A DNA stretch of 55,778 nucleotides from an uncultured archaeon (GTDB taxonomy: Archaea; Asgardarchaeota; Lokiarchaeia; Sigyniarchaeales; SOKP01): positions 1 to 55,778 of the forward strand of contig CAYLZE010000023.1 in the NCBI GenBank assembly GCA_964388035.1. Reading direction: 5' to 3'. A program made the position numbers and the translations under genes. This document shows, piece after piece, positions 39,983-50,273 of the stretch (position 1 is the first letter of the stretch; the number at the start of each line of letters is the position of its first letter). Below the pieces are notes generated by a model, which worked only from the letters and a program-made list of their open reading frames with translations, ran no database searches and had not been told where the DNA came from.

Positions 39983-40477
39983 GTGATGAAATTAATGGTC
40001 AAATTACCTAAAGAGATGCAGAAAAAAGAGAAAGCTCGTCCAAAAAGAGCTCAAATGGTAAAGAAGAGAGAAGGGGGATCCCAGTTCAGTTCCAGACAAA
40101 TGAGGCGAAAGATGCAACAACAAGGAATAGACATGGAACCCATTGAAGCAACGCGAGTTATTATTGAACAACCGAATCAGACATTGGTTATTGAAGAACC
40201 TGAAATAGTGTTGATGAAACAAGCCGGACAAGAAATTTATCAAGTAATAGGAGAAGCGGTAAAATTAACCCCAGATCAAGTAACAATTAATGCCGAACAA
40301 CCTGGTGAAGTCATAGAATCCATACATGAGGAAGAAATTAAACCTACTATAACTGAAGAAGACATCATGCTAGTTGCGGCACAATCGAATGTTGATAAAA
40401 AGGAAGCAGAAGCAGCATTAATTGAACATCAAGGAGACATAGCTAAGGCGATATTATTTTTAAAAAATAGAACGTGA
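39983..40477 (+). CDS. nac: nascent polypeptide-associated complex protein
   Basis: RQMRRKMQQQGI, ATRVIIE, YQVIG, EDIMLVAAQ..GDIAKAI UBA. Confidence 0.93.
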   Translation: MMKLMVKLPKEMQKKEKARPKRAQMVKKREGGSQFSSRQMRRKMQQQGIDMEPIEATRVIIEQPNQTLVIEEPEIVLMKQAGQEIYQVIGEAVKLTPDQVTINAEQPGEVIESIHEEEIKPTITEEDIMLVAAQSNVDKKEAEAALIEHQGDIAKAILFLKNRT

Positions 40478-40534
40478 AAAGAGAGAGATTATTTACGTAA
40501 TGTTCATATAGTAATATAAGAAATATCCTCTTGA

Positions 40535-40903
40535 ATGAGTGAATCATTAATGTCCAAAAAAATTAAAGCAAAAGATAGAGCTCCAAAAAAGGTACCCGAA
40601 GAAGAAAATCCTTTTATAAAAATTATTAGGTTTTCGGGTTGGTTTTTCCTCATTTTGCTCGGATTTTTTCTAGGTATCTGGGTTTTCTTTGATACACTTT
40701 TAGAAATAATTGAGCTCACTTTAGATGCTAGCTCTTTTACGATAATAATATTTTTGGGTACTTCGGGCGCCTTAAGCTTTGGATTAGCAACAAAAATCAA
40801 GAATAATGAATTGTTGACGCGTCAATTTTTTATTGATTGGATTGTAGGAGAATTCATTTTTTGCATGTTTGCTATTTTCTCTGTTGCAATCTATCAGTTT
40901 TAA
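40535..40903 (+). CDS. membrane protein (3 TM)
   Basis: Three hydrophobic helices. Confidence 0.7.
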   Translation: MSESLMSKKIKAKDRAPKKVPEEENPFIKIIRFSGWFFLILLGFFLGIWVFFDTLLEIIELTLDASSFTIIIFLGTSGALSFGLATKIKNNELLTRQFFIDWIVGEFIFCMFAIFSVAIYQF

Positions 40904-41305
40904 GTTCTTTCTAAATCGTGATTTTGAATCATTCTTCCTTCTTTTAGCACATGAAAAGTTAGATCAAAATATAAATAAAGGAAAATTAAGAAGATGGGAG
41001 CCAATATCCGACATTTTCTCAAGTAGATAGAAATCAGAAAATTCCTAGTCTCTCATGATACTAATATTCAAACGTATATTGCCTAATCAATCGAGATGGT
41101 CTTTATGACTATTTAATTTTTTAATAAAATAGATTTAAATTGAATAGTAAATAATTTTTCATATCGAATCAGCTAATGCATTGATTATAATCATCACAAT
41201 AATAGTTGAGAGAACTTTATTTATTCTTCCGACAAAATCATTAAGCTTTATAACTAACCCTTTGCGTTAACTGAATTTGAATAAACATATACCAAGGGAG
41301 AAAAA

Positions 41306-43441
41306 ATGGATTTAATAACATCTCAAGAAAAAAGAAACAATAAGTCCGTGGGCAATTTGGGGAAGTATAATTATTTAAAACGACTTCTTCCCCGCGTTTT
41401 CAGGACGGAAGGAGACATGGTCGAGTTTGATCCATCCAAGATTCAAAAGAGTATCATGATAGAAACGGGCATGGACCCAGATTCGGCAGAACTAATAACT
41501 GAAATTGTGGTCAGGCGGATCATATCATCGGGGATCAAGTTTCTTTCGGGCCCTCATATTCGAGAAATTGTTTGCTCTGTTCTTTCCGAACAACATTTTG
41601 AGGAAGAGAGAAAATTATATACTCGAATAGGAATGCCATTAATGGATTATGAAGCAATATTAAATCAAGGAGTCAATGAAAATGCCAATCAAGACATGAA
41701 TCCAGAAAGCATTCATCACTGGGCAGCCAATAAAATCTCGGAGGAGTATGCACTTTTAAGGATTTTAGATTCTGAAGAAGCTAAAGCTCATTTATATGGG
41801 GATATTCACGTTCACATGCTAAGGTACTTTGATTTAAGGCCTTTTTGTCAATCATGGGATGCACGAATGATCTTGGAACATGGATTACCCCCCGTTTCCA
41901 GCTGGACGCATTGTAGCAAATCTTCTCCCGCAGGTAGTTTACGCGTAGCCGTGACTCATCTTGCCAAATGGTTAGGAACCATACAAGGGGAATTTAGTGG
42001 GGGACAGGGCTTCGATTATTTGACCCCGTTTCTTGCTCCGTTTGCTAAGGGAATCTCTGTTCGAGAAATTGAACAATGCATGCAATGCCTCATTTTCGAA
42101 ACGAATCAGATTTTTGCGGCCAGAGGTGGCCAAGTACCGTTCACATCCATATCTTGCATCCCCACCATTCCTAATAGTTTAATGGAAATACCAGCAATAG
42201 GCCCCCATGGTAAAACTGTAGGTACTTATAGAGATTATAAGGCAGAATGCTTGAAATTATTTGATGCTTTAACAGACGTGTACATCAAGGGAGATTCCAG
42301 CGGCAAACTCTTTGCGTTTCCAAAACATGAAGTAAAAGTCAAAAAGGAATGGTTGCGAGAGTTTGAACCGTCCTACTTGAAATTAATGGAAGAAGCTGCT
42401 ACCATGGGGACACCGTACTTTTTAAACATGTGTCCGGATTGGATGCCCGATGAAATTCACAGTCAATGCTGCAGAAAATTTCTTCGAGGAGATGAAATAA
42501 TTAGCAAATGCATTTTAGACCCCGAAAAAAGAAAACTTACTAATATCTGGGAAAAGTACGTTACAATTGGATCGCTTCAAAGCGTGAGTTTAAATTTACC
42601 GAGATACGCGTACCTTTCTCAGGATGAGGAGGAGTATTTAAAGATCTTGGATAAAAAGATGGAGTTATCTGCCCGGATCTTGAGAAAAAAATGGGATTTA
42701 ATGGAAAAGCGGTTGAAGACGGGGCATTTACCTTTATGTAGTGGAAAAATAAATGGCGAACCAATTTTTAAGCTTCAAGATCAGAACCTCTCAATTGGTT
42801 TTACCGGATTGAATGAGGCTGTAAAAAGTTTAACTGGATCTGAACTACATGAGAATAATGATGCATATGCGTTAGGGAAAAAAATATTGGAATACATGGT
42901 CGCAAAGTGCAATACAATGACGGAGCGTGATAATAAAGCTTATTCATTGTGGGAACAACCTGCAGAAGCATCCAGCAATAGATTTGCGAGATTGGATTTA
43001 AAACATTTTCCCAAAAAAGCTATTCCTCAATCCAGCGGTAACTCTGCATATTATACCAATTCAAGCCATCTCCGCTATGATGCTGACGTTCCTTTATGGG
43101 AGAGAATCAGAAAACAAGGGGATTTTCATCCGATTGTTAGCGGGGGTGTGATTACTCATATATGGTTGGGAGAGCAAAAGCCGGATATCGAAGGCCTATG
43201 GGACCTTACCAAAAAAATCTGCCTAAATACAAATACTGCCTATTTTACATACACCACGGATTTTACCTATTGTCCTTCTTGCGTGCAAATGTTTAGAGGA
43301 GGACAGTGGACATGTCCACAGTGCAAATCCACGGATGTAAAAGTATATTCTCGCATAACAGGATACTATAGTGAAGTGAATCGATATAACGAGGGAAAAA
43401 GGGCAGAATGGGAATCTCGCAGGAGAGAGCACCTTTTTTAA
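41306..43441 (+). CDS. nrdD: anaerobic (class III) ribonucleotide reductase with ATP cone
   Basis: ATP cone FDPSKI, HLYGDIHVH, SGGQG, RGGQVPF, YYTNSSH, glycyl-radical motif YSRITGYY. Confidence 0.95.
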   Translation: MDLITSQEKRNNKSVGNLGKYNYLKRLLPRVFRTEGDMVEFDPSKIQKSIMIETGMDPDSAELITEIVVRRIISSGIKFLSGPHIREIVCSVLSEQHFEEERKLYTRIGMPLMDYEAILNQGVNENANQDMNPESIHHWAANKISEEYALLRILDSEEAKAHLYGDIHVHMLRYFDLRPFCQSWDARMILEHGLPPVSSWTHCSKSSPAGSLRVAVTHLAKWLGTIQGEFSGGQGFDYLTPFLAPFAKGISVREIEQCMQCLIFETNQIFAARGGQVPFTSISCIPTIPNSLMEIPAIGPHGKTVGTYRDYKAECLKLFDALTDVYIKGDSSGKLFAFPKHEVKVKKEWLREFEPSYLKLMEEAATMGTPYFLNMCPDWMPDEIHSQCCRKFLRGDEIISKCILDPEKRKLTNIWEKYVTIGSLQSVSLNLPRYAYLSQDEEEYLKILDKKMELSARILRKKWDLMEKRLKTGHLPLCSGKINGEPIFKLQDQNLSIGFTGLNEAVKSLTGSELHENNDAYALGKKILEYMVAKCNTMTERDNKAYSLWEQPAEASSNRFARLDLKHFPKKAIPQSSGNSAYYTNSSHLRYDADVPLWERIRKQGDFHPIVSGGVITHIWLGEQKPDIEGLWDLTKKICLNTNTAYFTYTTDFTYCPSCVQMFRGGQWTCPQCKSTDVKVYSRITGYYSEVNRYNEGKRAEWESRRREHLF

Positions 43442-43499
43442 AAGATTTTTAATTTTAGATGAATTAGATAAAGAACGAGCAATTAGTAAAAAAATACAA

Positions 43500-44543
43500 T
43501 TAAAATTTTAAAAGTTCATATGGATGAGCACAAGGAGAGCCATCAGAAATAAAAATTTCATCCGTACCAATATTAGCTATCCAAGACCAAATAGTGCTGG
43601 TAACATCTCCTCCAAATTCGAAATGATTACACACGCCTTCTTCATGACTACTTAAAAAATATTTTAATTCCTCGATGGTTATTTTAGAATCCCGTCTTTC
43701 ATACCAATTTCGCATTTTATTGAGTCGTTCGTGGCTATTGGGAAAGTTAATCCTCTTATCTTCGTGCTTTTTTAACCTTTTTGTTTCGTAATGATTGGTA
43801 ATCGCCATGAACCCCTCTGTGCTATCTGTTACAATAACTTCATCCTTTGCAGTCTCAACCCGCGAAATATTATTTTTTTTATCGGCAATTAAATAGATAT
43901 GACCGCATATGTGGGGAATTTTTTCAAGGAAATTAACCGCCTCTTTCGTGTTCTTGAAGTTATCTAAAATCCATCGCGTAATAACATTCATTCTTAACCC
44001 GGGACTCCATTCTGTTTTATAAAAGGGGATAACGTGCATGCTCATGGCTAATCCCGCTTTATTTACTCCTCCATATCGTCCAACCGCATGATCCGTGAAA
44101 GAAAGATTAGATATACCGTCTTTGGGATCATTCTTAATAACAGTAAAATACTCTTTAAAAGATTCCGTCCAATCATAATTTCGAGCAAATAATGGGGAAT
44201 TTGTGGCAGAATGATCGCTACTAATAGCTAAAGAAGAGCACCCAAAATCAATTCCTTGCAAAGCTAGTTCTCTTGCTCGGTCTATCATGTCTTTTCCTAA
44301 CGATAAAACAAACGCATCTAATAGAGTAGAATCAAATCCTGTAATGTCAATTATGCCTTGTAACTCATTGAGAATTCCGGGAGAATATTGTTTGACATGC
44401 TCGCGACATTTTTGAGCAAACTCTATTGTTGGTTTGGTGGCAGGAGGTAATTGAAAGGATGCTTTTAACAAATTCCCTGCTTGAACTCCAATATCATAAT
44501 AACTACCAGAAAAATTTAATTTAATCAAGATATCACATCTCAA
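43500..44543 (-). CDS. C45-family Ntn-hydrolase (acyl-CoA:6-APA acyltransferase-like)
   Basis: GSYYDIG, GCSS nucleophile, ARNYDW, GVNKAGL, TNHY. Confidence 0.85.
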   Translation of the reverse strand: MRCDILIKLNFSGSYYDIGVQAGNLLKASFQLPPATKPTIEFAQKCREHVKQYSPGILNELQGIIDITGFDSTLLDAFVLSLGKDMIDRARELALQGIDFGCSSLAISSDHSATNSPLFARNYDWTESFKEYFTVIKNDPKDGISNLSFTDHAVGRYGGVNKAGLAMSMHVIPFYKTEWSPGLRMNVITRWILDNFKNTKEAVNFLEKIPHICGHIYLIADKKNNISRVETAKDEVIVTDSTEGFMAITNHYETKRLKKHEDKRINFPNSHERLNKMRNWYERRDSKITIEELKYFLSSHEEGVCNHFEFGGDVTSTIWSWIANIGTDEIFISDGSPCAHPYELLKF

Positions 44544-44832
44544 CGCTCTTTTGTTACTTCAATCAATGCAGCTCCTTTAATAAAGATTTTCCTCAATGTT
44601 AATGCTATTTTTGGTGCATAAGCAAGGAGAAAATTATTATTACCTCCAACATGAATAAGATCAAGGTTGACATTAGAAATCATTAAGGAATTGATTGAAC
44701 ATCACCATGGCATGTTATCAAAAATAATAAATACTGTCAGAGGGACTTTAAATTTTTTATATTAATTTAGGGGATAAATCAGGGGATATCTCAATATCTC
44801 AAAGCTTTTTTTGCCATGAGAGCTTTCTTCCC

Positions 44833-45153
44833 ATGATCATGAAGGATGTCACTCTTAATGAATTTCAGGATAAAATTGAAAAATGGATTTTGAATCATGG
44901 TGGCTATTGGTCACCCTTGGCAATGCTTGCCTCCATCATGGAAGAGCTCGGTGAATTATCGAGGGAAATTAATCATCTTGAGGGAATTAAACCAAAGAGA
45001 GAAGTCAATGATACCTCGAGCTTGGGAGAGGAGCTCGGGGATCTTTTATTCTCCGTCATCTGTGTTGCTAATCATTACAAGATTGATCTTTCCGTTCATT
45101 TAGATCAAGTGATTAAAAAATATGATTGTAGAGATTCGGATAGATTTACATGA
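44833..45153 (+). CDS. MazG-like nucleotide pyrophosphohydrolase
   Basis: GYWSPL..EELGELSRE, EELGDLLF, RDSDRF. Confidence 0.92.
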   Translation: MIMKDVTLNEFQDKIEKWILNHGGYWSPLAMLASIMEELGELSREINHLEGIKPKREVNDTSSLGEELGDLLFSVICVANHYKIDLSVHLDQVIKKYDCRDSDRFT

Positions 45154-45259
45154 ACAGACCTATTCCAAGTTAATAATATAACATGGACCACGGAGGGCGC
45201 AATTTTAGCAGGAAAGATACTTTACAGTGGTACTTATAGGAAGCAGGTTGAGAATTTCC

Positions 45260-45868
45260 TCACGATTCATTTAAAAATTCCCACGTTTCTATTTTAAATG
45301 TTTTAACCTCCTTTCCAATCAATTTTGAAATTTCATCTTTTTTCTCCAAAATTAATTGATCGGTGGGATTATCTTTTTCATGAATAAAGAGAAGCTCCTT
45401 ATCCTTCCAATTTTCCTTTTTCAATTGTTCTATCATGTTTTGGCATTTTTTTTCAATGCCTTTTAATGCTTGCTCGGATAAATTGGGACTAATTTTCCGA
45501 TAATCTTCAAAAAATAGCGGTCCTCCCGTGACAAATAAATTTCTGGGATCAAAACCAACCTTTTTTAATCTTTTTTTAATCGTATTGGATGAGATTAACG
45601 CAATATTTCCCTTCTCCATTAGCTCACGTAATCGAGGCAGCACGTTCTCTTGAGATTCTATTGATTCTTTATTCGTTTCAAGCATGCTATATTCCGAAAA
45701 AATCGGTTCTAATTGAGATTGTAAAGAAGAAATTAGTTCCTTGAAGAAAAGCGCTTGTTTTTCATCAAATTCATAGTTGGGAACTGCTTTTCTTATTAGC
45801 ACTTTTATATCCATTAAGATATTTATAGCCGTTAAAATTGATTTCACTTGGTTGGCTTTAATTTTCAT
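45260..45868 (-). CDS. DUF2100-like protein
   Basis: VTGGPLFFEDYRKISPNLSEQALKGIEKK motif. Confidence 0.7.
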   Translation of the reverse strand: MKIKANQVKSILTAINILMDIKVLIRKAVPNYEFDEKQALFFKELISSLQSQLEPIFSEYSMLETNKESIESQENVLPRLRELMEKGNIALISSNTIKKRLKKVGFDPRNLFVTGGPLFFEDYRKISPNLSEQALKGIEKKCQNMIEQLKKENWKDKELLFIHEKDNPTDQLILEKKDEISKLIGKEVKTFKIETWEFLNES

Positions 45869-45968
45869 GATGACATGGAATAGTGCTTAAATATTTATAA
45901 CACAAATATTAAAGACTTAATTTTCTTAAATATTTTATAAGTAATAATATTAAACTAGTGGATATTTC

Positions 45969-46619
45969 ATGGCTAAGGATAAAAAAAGGCGGGAATTTAA
46001 TATAAAAACCGCCAAATATTTTACTAAAACATGCTCGAATTGTAAAAAGGAATATCCCAATTGGTTCACTAACTGTCCTAACTGTAATACCCCCTGGGAT
46101 TCGGATCTAAAAGAAGAGCAAGAAGCGAAGACAAGCCCCAGTAAAAATATCAAAATCATTGCCAAAATCTCGGAAGAGGATTTTGATTCTACCATAGAAA
46201 CCGTTCAATTGGTTTTCAGCGCGGATAATGGAGAATCTTGGTACCAGATTAAGATGGATAACGAAGAGTTTTATTACATTGCGGAGATCCCGGATGTTTC
46301 CCAAGGCTCAGTAATAATCTATTATATAGAAGTGAATTTTCCCAATGGAGAAAAAGTAATCGAAAATAACGATAACAATTTCTTTCTTTATCACGTGGGA
46401 GAATCTCAAGATGAAGAGACTATTCCAGTAAAAAATGAGAAAGAATTCCACATCGAGCCTTCAAACAAAATTGTTCAACTTTCCAAAAAGGAGGAAGAAT
46501 CGGGAAGTTCTCCAAAACCGATTATAAAAGAAGGCGGGCTGAAAATCTGTCCTTTCTGTAAATCTAGAATAAAAAGTAGTTTGCACGTGTGCCCCATTTG
46601 CGGGAAACAGCAAAATTAA
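45969..46619 (+). CDS. double zinc-ribbon protein with central Ig-like beta domain
   Basis: CSNC..CPNC and CPFC..CPIC; VQLVFSADNGESW..YIAEIP..IIYYIE. Confidence 0.75.
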   Translation: MAKDKKRREFNIKTAKYFTKTCSNCKKEYPNWFTNCPNCNTPWDSDLKEEQEAKTSPSKNIKIIAKISEEDFDSTIETVQLVFSADNGESWYQIKMDNEEFYYIAEIPDVSQGSVIIYYIEVNFPNGEKVIENNDNNFFLYHVGESQDEETIPVKNEKEFHIEPSNKIVQLSKKEEESGSSPKPIIKEGGLKICPFCKSRIKSSLHVCPICGKQQN

Positions 46620-46684
46620 AAATTAGTGAAAAAAGAATCGGATCCTGTTAGATTAATAGTGATTTAATTATGATGGAAGTGAAT

Positions 46685-48379
46685 TCAACGGAGTGCCGAC
46701 CCGCATTTATTGCAAAATGCGTATTCTTTTGAAAGAATTGCCCCGCAATTCCTGCAAATGACGATATCTTTGTTTTTCTCTTCTGCTTTTTTCTGAGCAC
46801 CTAAAGAAGCAAAAGTACTTGGAATGGAGCTCCCTTCTTTTTTTACGGATGAGAAGGTTTCGGAAGTTTTCGGGGATGCCGCCTTTTCCAGGAACCCGAA
46901 TGGAGCTGGTGCCGTCTCCTTAGAAGGAATCGACGTTTCTGATTTTTTAGATAACGTTTCAAATAAATTACTTTTTGGTGCTCCCTCTTCGGCCATCTGT
47001 TCCTTCTCTTCCACGGGTTTTTGGATGGCAGCAAAAAAAGAAGGACTGGTAATTTCTTCTTCCCCTGATATATTTTCCTTGGTCTTTTCTTTCTTTTTCC
47101 TTTTTTCCAGCTTTTTACGCTCCTTTTTGGATAATTCTTCAGAGGCGTCCTCAGGGGTTGTTTCGGAAGATTCACTGATAGGAGCGGTCGGAAAACCCGT
47201 GAAAGGCGTGGAAGGGGTGCGAGTTTCTGTTGGTGTTTCGCGTTTTGGTAAGATGAACGGTGCTGCTACTTCAGGCTCCTTAACAGGAGATTCTTCAATG
47301 GTCGGTTTATGAAATGCTTTGGGGGGAGGGACTGGTGTCGGTGTTTTGGAAGAAAAGGGAATTACTTTTGGTTTATAAGATTCTCCTTGCGTGGGTTGAG
47401 GTGGACGCGGTGGGGGAGTAATATCTTGCGTCGAGGTCTTGCCCAAAAATTCATCAAAAGATCGTTCTATCTTTGGTGCGGGAGGAGGATTTAACGCGGG
47501 CATTTCATTAGATGGAGCTTCTTTGGATGTGTAGAAGTAATTAGAAGGAGGGGGTGAAACATTCTCCACTGGAGAAGGATTTGTGGAAAAGTAGGTTTGT
47601 TCCGGTTCTGGCTCAGTATAGGTAGGCTCTTGGGGCACTTTTTTAAAAGGTTCGGGAACAGGCGATTGCATGTAATCGCTTGCTGGTTCGGGCTCGGCCA
47701 TTAGTGGTGCAGCAGGTTCAACACGAAGTGGCTCAGTATATTGTGGCTCCGCATGAGATATTTCTGGTTCTGGAACCCCCGGAGAGGTTGCCGTAATAAT
47801 ATTTCCGGGGCCGAATACGGTGCTTTCAGCAATAAGCCTTTCCGGAACTCCCTTACCAATCATGAGACAAGCAAGAATATAAAAACAGTCCCCAACACCA
47901 TCTCCGGTCTTGGCGGAAGTTTCCATGTAGTATAAATTAAATTTTCGGGTAAAATCATTTATTTCTTCAGCAAAAACAGCCCGCTGATCTTCAAGATCAC
48001 TCTTGTTGCCTACTAATAATAAAGGTATTACTATATTCGTGTTTGCTCTAATTTCCTCAATCCAATTAGGCAGATGTTGAAAACTTTCATAAGAAGTCAC
48101 GTCAAAAATTAATAATCCTCCCAATGCGCCCTTGTAATACATGGGACGTATCGAGGAAAACCGTTCCTGTCCACCCGTGTCCCAAATCTGAAGTTTAGCT
48201 TTCAATTCGCCCTCTTCAGTATTAACAGCAATGGTTTTTACATGAAAGTCCACCCCGATAGTCATCTTATAATCTTCTGTAAAGAACCCTTTCGAGAAGC
48301 GGAGGGTTAAAGCCGTTTTTCCTACCCCTCCATCACCTAATACTACGCATTTGAATAAAAAGTCATATTCCTCAACCAT
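46685..48379 (-). CDS. Rab-like small GTPase with long Pro-rich disordered region and C-terminal zinc ribbon
   Basis: GDGGVGKT, TIGVDF, KLQIWDTGGQERF, YYKGA, NKSD, ETSAK; CRNC..CNKC. Confidence 0.93.
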   Translation of the reverse strand: MVEEYDFLFKCVVLGDGGVGKTALTLRFSKGFFTEDYKMTIGVDFHVKTIAVNTEEGELKAKLQIWDTGGQERFSSIRPMYYKGALGGLLIFDVTSYESFQHLPNWIEEIRANTNIVIPLLLVGNKSDLEDQRAVFAEEINDFTRKFNLYYMETSAKTGDGVGDCFYILACLMIGKGVPERLIAESTVFGPGNIITATSPGVPEPEISHAEPQYTEPLRVEPAAPLMAEPEPASDYMQSPVPEPFKKVPQEPTYTEPEPEQTYFSTNPSPVENVSPPPSNYFYTSKEAPSNEMPALNPPPAPKIERSFDEFLGKTSTQDITPPPRPPQPTQGESYKPKVIPFSSKTPTPVPPPKAFHKPTIEESPVKEPEVAAPFILPKRETPTETRTPSTPFTGFPTAPISESSETTPEDASEELSKKERKKLEKRKKKEKTKENISGEEEITSPSFFAAIQKPVEEKEQMAEEGAPKSNLFETLSKKSETSIPSKETAPAPFGFLEKAASPKTSETFSSVKKEGSSIPSTFASLGAQKKAEEKNKDIVICRNCGAILSKEYAFCNKCGSALR

Positions 48380-48722
48380 ATCAATATCTCCCCGATTTTA
48401 ATTTTGTTCAGTCCTACGATTACTTAGTTTTTCCATAGATGATATAATATTAATATAATAAATTTATGTAATTTAATTTTATTTATCTTTCTTGCTCCAC
48501 AATATTTAGGGTTAGGATCGATCACGTATTGACATCAGAATAAAATTTGGATCTCCATCCCTCGTGAATAGAAGATTATAGCGAAATTAAAACGATTAAA
48601 AAGGGATGATATGGGAAACCTATTATAAAGCTCTTTTTAAGATAATGCTGAGCCAAAAATAGGCAGTGAAAAGTTTTTAACCAACAAGCTCGTGTTTTAA
48701 CAGAAGTCATGAAATATAAAGA

Positions 48723-48826
48723 TGGAGCCAGAGGAGAGAAGGGTTCTCCAGCAGGGCACTCCCATTGGAATTGAACTCCCGTCATCAACTCTGCAGGCTG
48801 ACGCTCCACCACTAAGCGACTCTGGC
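48723..48826 (-). tRNA. tRNA-Cys(GCA) with T-loop 58/59 intron (48741-48770); CCA encoded
   Basis: GCCAGAG/CTCTGGC acceptor, TCAGC-CTGCAGA-GTTGA, perfect BHB GTTC-AA|T..GAAC-CC|T. Confidence 0.93.
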
Positions 48827-48832
48827 TCTGTA

Positions 48833-48953
48833 GAACAGCAATGGGCCCGGAGGGTAAATGTTGGTGCGAGCAGATGGCTCTAAACTTTACAGAAACCGGG
48901 CGATCTCATGTTCGATTGTTAACCCAATTCGGTTTATACGAGAACCTTGTGTA
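48833..48953 (-). ncRNA. candidate structured RNA directly upstream of tRNA-Cys
   Basis: GC-rich about 120 nt in AT-rich context; stems TCTCGT/ATGAGA, GCCCGG/CCGGGC, GTAAA/TTTAC, GAGC/GCTC. Confidence 0.45.
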
Positions 48954-49244
48954 GTAATATTAAAAATAAAATTTTAACTTTGTGGTTTTGGACGGGGCGA
49001 CGTTTTTTCTTTCATGGATTTAACAACGAGTTCCGAGTCATGCCTAAAAATCGCGGAAAATAGGAGGAATGGGGGAAATGATATAAAATGAAGGGAAAAG
49101 GTAGGAAACTCATGATTGATGAGAGCAACAATCCTCTTAATTTTATTAGGTTGAAAGATAAAATTAACATTTTTGAAATATTTAAAACAAATTTTTTTAC
49201 ATTAGGTTCATTTTTTTTTGTAAAAATTATCGGAAGGTTTTAGA

Positions 49245-50273
49245 ATGAAAGCAGAAGAGATAGACTTTTATCATCTGGGATTTGAATTCATGGAAACCGA
49301 GACAATGTACGTGGCGGATTATAAGGATGGGGCTTGGAGTGAAGGGAAATTGGTCCCTTTTGGACCGTTCGAGATTTCCCCCGGCGCATGCGTGTTAAAT
49401 TATGGTCAAGGCATCTTTGAGGGCATGAAAGCGTTAAAAACTAAAAAGGGCGAGATCGTGTTATTTAGACCCGAAGAAAACGCAAAGCGGTTAAATGAAA
49501 GTGCGGAACGATTATTAATGCCGGCTTTTGAAGTTGAGAAGTACGTGGATGCGGTTAAAAAAGTAGTAAAAGCCAACCAACAATATGTTCCTCCTGAAGA
49601 TAGTGGCGGAGCCTTGTATGTTCGCCCCATTTTAATTGGAAACGGTCCCATTTTGGGCGTTGCGCCCGCACTAGAATATAAATTCATCATTTATGTGGTG
49701 CCCGTGGGACCTTATTTTCCTGAAGGGTTTAAAGCCATCGATTTAGAGATTTCGAAAAAATATACCAGAGCTGCACCCGGAGGAACCGGATATGCTAAAA
49801 CGTGTTGCAATTATGCCGGTACGATGAAACCTGCCAAAGAAACCAAGGCGAAGGGATATGCTCAGATCATCTATTTGGATGCGGAACATAAGAAATATTT
49901 AGAGGAAGTAGGAACAGCTAATATTTTCGTCGTTATAAATGGAAAGCTGGCTACTCCCAAGATAACGGGCACCATTTTACCGGGGGTTACCCGAAAATCC
50001 GTTTTGGAGCTAGCCTCAAAAAAGCTTGGAATGGAGGTGGAAGAACGGGATATCTCCTATGAAGAGTTATTTGACAGCACTTGCACGGAAGCCTTTTGTA
50101 CGGGAACTGCCGCCGTGATTACCCCCATCGGTTCCGTGGCCCTTGAGGATAAAAAGCGGGTATATAATGAAGGAAAGCCAGGTAACATCACGGTACAATT
50201 ATATGACCTCTTAACGGGAATACAGAAATTAGAATTAAAAGATGAATTTGGTTGGGTCGTAAAAGTGGATTAA
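49245..50273 (+). CDS. ilvE: branched-chain amino acid aminotransferase
   Basis: LNYGQGIFEGMKA, LFRPEEN, LYVRP, RAAPGGTGYAK, EEVGTANIF, ILPGVTR, GTAAVITP. Confidence 0.95.
   Translation: MKAEEIDFYHLGFEFMETETMYVADYKDGAWSEGKLVPFGPFEISPGACVLNYGQGIFEGMKALKTKKGEIVLFRPEENAKRLNESAERLLMPAFEVEKYVDAVKKVVKANQQYVPPEDSGGALYVRPILIGNGPILGVAPALEYKFIIYVVPVGPYFPEGFKAIDLEISKKYTRAAPGGTGYAKTCCNYAGTMKPAKETKAKGYAQIIYLDAEHKKYLEEVGTANIFVVINGKLATPKITGTILPGVTRKSVLELASKKLGMEVEERDISYEELFDSTCTEAFCTGTAAVITPIGSVALEDKKRVYNEGKPGNITVQLYDLLTGIQKLELKDEFGWVVKVD

Noticed and set aside
21738-43441. Inteins in DP2, RpoB or NrdD
   Set aside because: Lengths are normal and conserved motifs are contiguous.
48900-48945. Purine riboswitch (CTCGTATAA.. 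resemblance) or split-tRNA half (CCCTCCGGGCCCA)
   Set aside because: No P3 arm or kissing loops; no T arm or matching 5' half.
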